A stretch of DNA of 64,000 bases. Origin: Octopus vulgaris (taxonomy: Eukaryota). Positions 54,375-64,000 of this stretch are shown piece by piece. The notes beneath the pieces are model-generated. The model was not told the origin of the DNA, made no database searches, and saw only the letters and a program-made list of their open reading frames with translations. Position numbers and translations under genes: made by a program. Position 1 is the stretch's first letter, and every line of letters starts with the position of its first letter. The DNA lies in NCBI GenBank assembly GCA_951406725.2, contig OX597816.1, forward strand, positions 118,358,001-118,422,000, in the 5' to 3' direction.

Positions 54375-57300
54375 ATTTAGAGGATTGCGAGTAAGTTGAT
54401 ACCATCAACCCCAGAACTTGACTGGCACTTTATATTATTAAGCCTGAAGAGATAGAAGGTCAAGTTTACCCCAACAAGATTTGGACTCAAAGTAAAAAGC
54501 CAGAACAAATACCAAAGCATTTTCTCCAACTCACACAAGGCACTTTTTCTGATGATTTAACAATACTATTATTCCATTACCCTTATATAATTACATACAC
54601 CAGTAACTGACTGGTACTTCATTTTATCAACCCCAATAATTTGAGTGGTACTTTATTTTATTGACCTCTAATCAATTAATACTTTATTCTACTGACCTCA
54701 AAAGGATGAAAAGTAAAGTCGACCTAAATAGGACTCGAGGTCAGAACTACGAGTATACATCATCATCATCATGTAAAGTCCATTTTTCAGCCTGCAAGCC
54801 AGAGGGTGGCACCAAACTCCATTGTCTGCTTTGACACTATTTTTACAGCTGGGTGCCCTTCCTAATACCAACCACTTTACAGAGTGTACTGAATGCTTTT
54901 TTTATGTTGCACTACCACTAGTGAGGTCACCAAGTGACTCACAAGACAATGCCCACTCCCTCAACTGAGTAGGGAATAGTATTTACATCAGATGATGGAA
55001 AGGTTAAAGTATGAGACAGGACAGGAACCGGTGTCTTGCAGAATGGGGATATATGGATACTCCAATTGGAATAGTAAAAGATGGTGGTGAAGACAAGTCA
55101 CAGAACACCCTCAAGTTACAGAAAGGATAATGTAAGGGATGTGACGTGAGTAATTTAGTTTGTGGGAATGTGAAGTAGAGTGGCAGATGGCTAGAGATGT
55201 GGATAGAAGGGAAATACAGTGAGTGGCGAACCTGGATGGAGGGGTGCATAGTCAGTCTCGAATATCAATCAGAAGTGAAGGTAGAGGAAGCAGGGACATA
55301 ATAGGTGGCAGCAAAGATGCTAAAAGATTGCATGAGAGTGAAGGCAGGAGAGAGGAAGGTAGGGATGCACAGTGCCAGGGGCAAAGAAACAAAAGTATAC
55401 TGAACAAAATGTTTTATTTAGAGCCCTTAGCTGGATTTCACATAGTTCAAGATTTGATACAAGATAACCACGTTAAATCAATTATTAAAATAAAGTTGGG
55501 GGATGGGGGGGGGGTAAAATAAAAGAAAAGGCTGGAGGCATTCTTGATAATGTAAAGCTTAAAAACTGGTTGTAGCCCAGTACCCAAAACTTGATATATA
55601 AATAAGCCCGAAAATAGAGCAAGACCAGAGAAAGAAATAGCGTGGGGTAGGGTGGGGGGGTGCTGTGAAGCCCGTGGCAAAATTGGCTGCAATTCATTGC
55701 AGAGAGATATACACCAAAATGACCTACCACAAATAGCACAGTTAACACCTCACCCATTTCATTTCAGATGGAGAAGGAAACATATAACAACAACAACAAC
55801 TGCTGCTGCTGCTGCAGCAGCAGCAGCAGCCGAGCATTAGCATTCCAGGTAATATTACTGTGTGTATGTGAGTGTATATATTATGAATGTATGTGTGTAA
55901 AAATCATTACAATCTAACATTTCAACAAAGGTTGGTGAATCAATATCTAATCATTCAAACAGTGGGTAGAATGAGGGTGTAGGTGCATGTGTGTGCTTGT
56001 GTGTGTGTGTATGTATGTATGTGTGCACAGATACATCTGAGGTGGGTATAGAAATGGTGTATGCGTGTGTGTGTGTGTGTGTGTGTGTGCAAGTGTGCAT
56101 CTGTAGGTAGAGAGAGAGAGAGAGAGAGAGAATGTCTGCGTGTATGAAGAAGAGAGAGATGGAGAAATGAGAATGTGCATGAACGTGTGCATTTATGCAT
56201 GCATATGCATCAGATGCAGACACACACAAATTTGTACAGACACATATAGAATAAAGAGCGTAAGAGAAAAAAGAAAAGAGAGAAGCATGATAGGAGAAAA
56301 CAGAGAATAAAGAGAGGGAAAGATAGAGAGAGAACCAAAAATAGAGAGAAAGAAAACAAAATGAGGAGTGAGGACAGTAAGATGGAAGACTGGGAGAGAC
56401 AGTAAAAGGAGAGAAAGATGCAGAGGAGACTGAGTAAATTTGATCAGGAGGAGGAAGAAGGGAGACAACTTAAGTAGCAGATTAAGACAGAATGAAAGGA
56501 TAAACTTGATGAGAGAGGGGGAGAGAAAACTTGAGAGAGTAGAGGGAGAAAGAAAGAGAGAGACAAAGAAAGTGGGGTGGAGGGTAGAAGTCACAATGAA
56601 AGTAGGGTGATAGCACCAGTGAGGGTAGTGTAATAGCACCACTGAGGGTAAAATGATAACACCTGTGAGGGTAAGGTTAGAGCAACAGTGAGGATAGGGT
56701 TAGAGCATTTGTAAGAACAAAGGATTAGAAGAGATCATTGATTGATATGTGTATACACACACACACAATGTATGTATGTGTGAATGTATGTATATATATA
56801 TATAAATATATATATAGAGAGAGAGAGATAAATAGTGGAAGACAGATAAAAAAAAAATGAGGAGAAAATGATAAAGATATGATGTACAGACAGTAAAAGC
56901 AGTGGGAAATTTGGCATATATGAAAAGTCAGCTGAAAACGGGGGAGGGGGGATCATTGAAATTAGTGTGGTGTTTAATCAGTGAGTTATTGACATAGATT
57001 GTATGAAGTCAGACAGCCTTCAGAAGATTTACTAGTAGTAAATCAAGCCATTCACTTGATAAATCACCAACAACACATAGATAGGCAGAGAGAAATATAA
57101 ATACGAAAACATAATCTGCTCTTCCAAGTACACATCAAGTGAATCCTATTGCAGCCTCATTATAAATTTCGACTGTCCTCAAATCAAGGCCATAACTTGT
57201 TAACATGCAACTGAGCACAGAATTTAAATATAGCTCACCAATATGTAATCAACAAACTGCACTTAGATATAGAGGCCAATCATAACTGCCCAACAAACCA

Positions 57301-58769
57301 CTTCTCTACTCGTGTACATGTATCACACACACACACAAAACAATTAGTAACAGGTATTTTTAATTCATAAATAGACAAAATAGATTAGAAAACAAATGCA
57401 TAGATCCAGATTATGCATAGTTGGGAGCTCAATCTGCTTACTATTCTGATGAAACTTCTTTAAACAAAGGTATTAGGCTTGGCTATGTGGTTAAGAAGTC
57501 TGCTTCCTAACTACATGGTTCAAAGTTCAGTTCCACTGCATGGCACCTTGGGCAAGTGTCTTTTACTATAGCTTTAGGTTGACCAAAGCCTTGCAAGTGG
57601 ATCTGGTAGACAGAAACTGAAAGAAGCCCATCATTTGTGTATGTCCCCAGACCACTGCTCGACAACCAGTGTTGGTGTGGCTATGTCCCTGTAACTTAGA
57701 GGTTTGGCAAAGGAGACTGATAGAATAAGTACCAGGCTCAATAAATAAGTACTGGATTCAATTTGTTCAACTAAAATTCTTCAAGATGGTGCCCCACCAT
57801 GGCCACAATCTAATGAGTGAAATGAGTAAAAGAAAGAAAAAAGAGTAACGAGAATCAAGCTAAATTACAACACACTTAGTTACAGTCACAAGAGTTTTAT
57901 GATTAGAAAAATTTCTAGTCTGATCCCAACTAAAATGCATGAAGATCTCCTCCCTCTCTCTGTGTTTGTATCCCCACTACCACTTGACAACTAATGTTGG
58001 TTTGCATACATCCCTGTAACTTAGTTTTCTATATAAAAAAAAAAGGGCCAATAGAATTAAGTACTGGGGTTGATTTGTTAGGACACCTTCAAGATGGTGA
58101 CCCAGCATGGCCACAGTCCAATGATTGAAAATAAGTAAAAGATAAAAGATAAGAAATAATTCTTCTCGACATTTCTTGGCTTATTACACTAAATTTACTG
58201 CAAAATATTTAATATTCATTGAGATGAAGGCAGTGAGCTGGCAGAATCATTAATGTGAGGGATAAAATGCTAGGCGGCATTTTGTCCATCTTCATGTTTT
58301 GCATTCAAATTCTACTACTAAGGTTGACTTTGCCTTCGATCCTTTGGAGTCAATAAAATAAGTACCAGTTGAGCACTGGGAGTTGATGTAATTGACTTGC
58401 CCTTCCCAGAAAGTGCTGGTCATTCAGATGAAGCTTATGTCTTGGTCACTAATTCCATGGTTTCATATTACACAACTTCTAAAGAATTCAGCTATTTCAG
58501 CCCTTTTCTTGCTAGTTCTTAGCTTCTCCCCATTCCCTGGGTTCACCTCATACTCCTCTTTGGACTTTCTCCTCCTCATTCCCTCCCCCGCCCAACTTCT
58601 GTAAATTGAATTTTCTGAGTATCTTTCACTAAAATACTTTTAAATAGCTTTCTGGGTTCGGTTACTGATTGTCTTCCTCACTTGAACACCACCACCTTTT
58701 TCCCTTCTGTCATTACTTGAGGCATTTAGCTATCTTTCCTTTCCAATTATTAACTTCCTGCCCCTTAAT

Positions 58770-58804
<35 letters not shown>

Positions 58805-59306
58805 AGAGATCTAAAATGTTAGAAACTTCAATGCTTGGAGCAATTGAATTTATCAAATTCTCATACAGACTAATTGACAAATTCTCATATAGACTAATAT
58901 AGACAAAACCATCACCATTTTTTCTCAGAATCCAGCCTTTACCCCAATAAGTAACTGATTCCTTACATTAGTACAAAGCTAAAAATATATAATTTGTGGT
59001 TGTGCTTTATTAGCTAGTGACTTTTTTTTTTCCTTTTCTTTTCTTAAACACATTAGTAATGTTAAATGAACCAGTTTCAACTTGAACTCAGAATTAGTTG
59101 ATTGATTCACAGATATTATTTACCCAGAATTTAGCACTATGATAATGTCTATCTCAACATCTTGAAATAATAAGACTCTAGGTAACAAGAATGAAAGGGA
59201 GGAAACTTTATATGTCATCTATTTCTACATCTCAGTTACTAAAATAACATCGCATACCATACTTTGGTATTGACCTTCAAAATAATTTGACCCGAAATTC
59301 ACCCTT

Positions 59307-59459
59307 TACCTATTTTCCAGCATACAAGTCAAATTTTTCAGACCAAAAATTCCATGTGAAATGCAGCAGAATTTGGAAAGATAGTGATAATGTTTGAATG
59401 TTTACACTACTTGTTTACACTATATACTACATAAACTTGCAAGCCAGAAAATACAGTAT
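59307..59459. mobile_element. Tc1/mariner-type MITE (TA-flanked, CCGTA-like termini)
   Basis: tacctattttccagcatacaag ... cttgcaagccagaaaatacagta are imperfect inverted termini. A homologous copy lies at about 35975-36158 (shared aaatgcagcag.atttgg.aa.atagtgat.atg.ttgaatgttt). Confidence 0.6.
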
Positions 59460-59599
59460 ATCTTTTCTGAATGAAGTGTTTGGTTGAGGTAGCTTTGAAA
59501 GAAATGCAATACTTTCAATTTATTTTACTTCATCTACACACAGTGTAGATGAAGAGAGTTTTCTTTTGTAGAAATGCTATGATATACTTTCATTTTGAT

Positions 59600-61941
59600 T
59601 TCATGAAAATACAACACTCATTTTATCTGCTTTTCCTCACTTCATATATGAGATGAGAACAAAGAGATAGCAATTTGAGATTTCTAATATGAATGAAAGC
59701 AATTTAGCGTGTGTGCTAATGAAGACACACTAGCATAAAGGAAAAAAACATGGGTTGCCAATTGGAAGAATATACTTCGACATTTCTCAAGGTTATGAAA
59801 GATATTATCTGAGTATGATTTTATTATATGTACTCATTTCAGGAACTGAACACTTTTAAGAGACAACAATATCAAACATACAAGGAAGCTGCTTTAAAGA
59901 TAGACCTAATCAATTCTGATGATGAATTTGATAGAAGAGATATAAATCTTGTCTGTCAAATTGAAACTTGTTCTGCACCTCAAATTCAAGATCTGTTCAT
60001 TTCAATATTGCTATTTTATAAAATCTCAGATAAATTGGGATTCTTCCAGTTACTGAAATGGAACTTCCTGTCTTTGAAACAGAACTTCCCTTCATCAGAT
60101 TATCCTCGCATTGTCTGCAGCAGATGCATCAGAAGTATTTCTATTATCTCCAGACAGTTCCAACAACAACCCACAGAGAACTGATGCAAACAGTCAAAAA
60201 AGGTGCATAGAACCGTGAACAATGGTGTGTTTTTGACATCTTAATGGATTCTAAATCGAACAGTCCAAGTTCAAATCTTTCCTTTGTAGATGCTAATGGC
60301 AACCCTGGAAAGACATATTTCAATCAAATACTGAGTATTTAGACGGATTTTGATTCTGGATCAACTAGCGCTGGCTTTATTGTTCTATAAACCATACAAC
60401 ATTCCATATTTCAATTTCAAGTACTTATGTTACAGCACTGGGATATAGCTGCAGCAGAGTAGGCTACTTTCAGGACTGCATACATTTTTTTTGTTTTTGT
60501 TTATTTATACTAATTAGAGCAAATTTCTTCTTTAAAATATCAAATTTTAAAGGTACAAATCCTATGAAATATATTAAATTATCAGCTAAGTTAATTTAAC
60601 CTACAAGTAATTGTTATGCTTTAATTTATTTGCAAAATTTTCATTATGGGCTATTTTCTAACAATCCATTATATTTTTAAAATTTTGTGCTATTTTTTTA
60701 TGAAACTGATTTGGCAATCTGATAATTGCCAACAGCAAAATGGAATAAATAATTTGAGATTGGTGTCTTCTGTTATGATGAAGCATCACAGATGTCAAAG
60801 TATAAAAGTCTGAAGCTGTTAAACACATATTTCATAGCAACAATATGAGGCTTCTGGGTAATTTTTGACAAAGATTTCCTGTCTTAAAGAAAGCTGGTAG
60901 GGCTGCTATTGTGATATTCAGAAGAGAATGGTAAAATTGAAATGTAAAATGAACATGTGATCACAAAACTGAGGGCTGTGACTGAGCTGATTGTCTGCTT
61001 GGTGTTGGTGAAGGAAAAGAAAAACTGGATTGATGGCAAGATTCAGCTTCTAAATGGTATTAAAGTTGAAGATTAAATGGCAGCTCAAGTTCTTGGAAAT
61101 CCACTCCATAAACTGAGCAATGCCTTAACATATCTGTCATTGATTCTATAAGTTAGCAAATTACCAACATATTGGTGAAACCATCATTTACAAAAACACT
61201 GATTCTTTCAATGAGGAGGGATATCAATTTGTGAAATTACTTGATGGAGTTCTGAAACAGCTGTAATTCTGATGGAGTGCACACCCTAGCTACATACACC
61301 AGTCTTGATAAAAAAGTAAAGCTTAATGATATTTCAAATTTTAACTAAGGCTGTGCACTGGAACAAGAATTCGAAAAAGGTATTTACATTAACCCTTCAA
61401 CATTCTGATTACTCTGTCAAATATTATATTTATTTATTCATACTGTTTTAAATTAATCCTGCAATATCTCACAACTTTGAGATTTCAATGATGTGATTGT
61501 TTATTGTTAGAATGTCATTGTAGGGAAGGCATGAAAGGCAGGATCAGGAATGTTTGAACAAAAAGCAGGTAGAATATTTGGGTTAGATACGGTCAGTTTG
61601 AATGCTAAAAGGTTAATGAATGACTGACAGCAACATTGTTACAGAAGGTGAACAGTATGGGAAACATGTCATTGTACTAGGAATGAAACAGACCTGATGT
61701 TACTGAATTCCCCCATACACAATTACAGTTTCCAGTTTGAATGGATTTTAATTTGCAGTTACAATCAATAAATCTCAATGTCAGCCATTGAATAAAATAA
61801 CTTAGTTCTTCCCAACTGATTTAGGTGAACAGGGACAACTGTAAATTGTTTCTGTCAAGAACAACACAGGGTGCTGCAGGCATGGTGACAATGCTGCAAA
61901 GAAACCACCACCATTATGTACTGCAAAGTTTTCCAGTGCTA
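59600..61941 (+). mobile_element. Helitron RepHel pseudogene (linker region plus Pif1-family helicase motifs)
   Basis: Ordered degenerate motifs: IGRIYF..GYERYYL (59761), SFQEL..YQTYKEAAL..DDEFD..APQIQDLFISILLF (ORF 59828-60184), Walker A-like FVDANGNPGKT (60283-60315), DEASQMSK (60777), GNF*QRFPV, CLLGVGEGK, CTGTR, FAVTINKSQCQ (61752), GQL*IV. There are many stops and frameshifts, and a TTAA MITE interrupts it. Confidence 0.9.
61389..61616. mobile_element. TTAA-flanked MITE inserted in the Helitron relic
   Basis: TTAA-CCCTTCAACATTC...GAATGCTAAAAGG-TTAA; a reverse-oriented relative of 52118-52345. Helicase motifs continue on both sides. Confidence 0.8.
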
Positions 61942-64000
61942 AAATTTTATTTATTCAACTTCATATCATCCCAATACTTGATTAGGATAATTTCATTTAT
62001 ACAAACATAGGCTTCATTACTTATCTACATTTTTACACTATTTTGTTTCTTTCTAATCATCATCTAACAACTACAACGACAGCTGCTGCCAAGCAAAGTA
62101 AGAGCAGGTGCACTTGTCCACACTATAAAATCAATTATTAAGTTATTTCAGTATCTCACTAACTTCAATGATCACTGCCTATCTCCATTTGCAAGAGAAA
62201 CTCGAGTTCAACAGCTATCAAAAAAGCACAGTCCCATTAACACATATTACTTACAAAAGTTAAACATGAATTTCTCTTTGTCTCACAATGTCATACATAT
62301 ATAATGTATCCCAGTTTTTAAATGAAGTGTACCATATCTCTGCATTTCATACAAGGCTATTAAAGGGTTGGCATAAGGAAGGGCATCCAACCATAAAACA
62401 CTGTCTTAAAAAGTTTATCAAACAAAGTGTGTGTGTGTGTGTGTGTATACATACATACATGAATTTCACAGTTCCAGGTTTGTCCCCATAACATGGACAT
62501 TATCTACAGGTATCCTCTTCCATAGTCACAGATTACCCAATACCATATGAATGAAATTAGTAGACAAAAATTGAAAATGCTCACCATATGTGTCTGCATG
62601 CACATGCACGTATGTGAACTCACGTCTTCACAAGTTGTGTGTCATTTCTAAACAAAAGCCTTAACATTCAAACAAACATCTTTCTTTGCTTCCAGTCTTT
62701 CACAGAAGCATGTTGTTCAATAGATTGGGTGGGTGCCTCGCTATCTTGCTTGAAAACAGGTGAGATTAGTACCAAGAAGGGTTTCTGAGTGTAGGAGATT
62801 TCACTTCAATGTAGTCTCAACCCATGCAAGCATGGAAAATTAGCAGTTAAAACAACACCATATATATATATATCATGCATGCATGCACACATACATATAA
62901 ATAAAAGAAAAGGCTGAATACTTAAATTTTTCTTTAGAGAATAAGTAACAATGCAAGTAACTTATATTTTATTTTTGTAATTTGCAGTAAATCCAACATA
63001 AAATTTTAAAGTATTAAAGAGTTTGAACTGTCGACTTACATTCAACATTTTTATATTGACAATATCCATTTATGGGCAATTATTAATTACTCTAGAGTTA
63101 TATCAAAACTTATCAACTGTATTATGTTTAAATATGAGTTTCTATCTTGTTTCAGAGTCTCAAACAGATCTGGAAGTATCTGGAGAATTATAGATTTCTT
63201 TGTTTTTTTTAATTAAGTCATTATTAGAAATTGTGCAAACATTATTACAACTTGTGGTCAATTGTTAGTTTGACCAAGATCTAATGAATGTGTAATATGT
63301 AACATATGGTATAATTATAACCAGGGCAAATTTTAGCCATTTCTTCACAGACTGAAAAAAACGATGAACAACCTTAATCAATTTTCGAACCTTATGTGTG
63401 CTTCAAATATATAAAACACACATTTTATATATTTGAAGTACTAGTTATGAACTAAATACCATACCAAGGAATCAAGACAGGATTAGACATTGAGAACATT
63501 ATGCGATGCATTATCATCATCATTTAACATTCACGTTTCCATGCTTGCACAGATCAGACGGAATTTATTTGAAGCATATTTTCTACAGCCATCTCCTTCC
63601 TACTGCTAATCCTCACCTCTTTCCAAGCAAGGTAATATTTCCCATAGCCAGACATGTTCTTACAGAATATTAGAAATGAATGATACTGCTTGTGTGACAG
63701 TGACACTCATTTACAATTATCACATGATATCAAGGTAAAGAGAGAGACAGATACAGACACACACATGTATATACATATATATATATATATACAACAGGCG
63801 TCTTTCAGTTTCTGTCAACCAAATCCATGCACAAAGTTTTGGTTAGCCCAAGGCTATAGTAGAAGACACTTGATCAAGGAGCCATGCAGTAGTACTGAAT
63901 CCAGAACCAAACTTCCTACCATACACCCATGCCTGTACAATCCTACCTGTGCCTAAATAACTGTTCATATAGATCTTTCATAACATCTTTCCATTATGCT

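Overview
AT-rich, repeat-dominated eukaryotic DNA. The SINE, MITE and microsatellite inventory points to a coleoid cephalopod, most likely Octopus; this is inferred from recalled repeat families, not from a database search. None of the supplied ORFs is a credible intact gene: most are microsatellite or SINE read-throughs. The window looks mainly intronic or intergenic, with a CpG-retaining promoter-like island at about 45-48 kb and a few short, weakly supported exon candidates, mostly on the minus strand. Recognisable transposon fossils are a mariner transposase (25.6-26.1 kb), a Helitron RepHel (59.6-61.9 kb), an R4/Dong-type endonuclease C-terminus (7.4-7.7 kb), hAT, TTAA-flanked and Tc1/mariner-type MITEs, and at least three tRNA-derived SINE families. 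The most interesting signal is RNA-structural. Three type-I hammerhead ribozyme motifs lie within 1.2 kb (21.7-22.9 kb): two in the arms of a fold-back with ~360-bp arms, one of which has an intact core, and one inside a ~345-bp retrozyme-like partial tandem repeat. A decayed twister-like motif heads a short RTE-tailed element at 34.8-35.1 kb. These ribozyme classes are known from other animals. I cannot tell from the sequence whether these particular families have been described.
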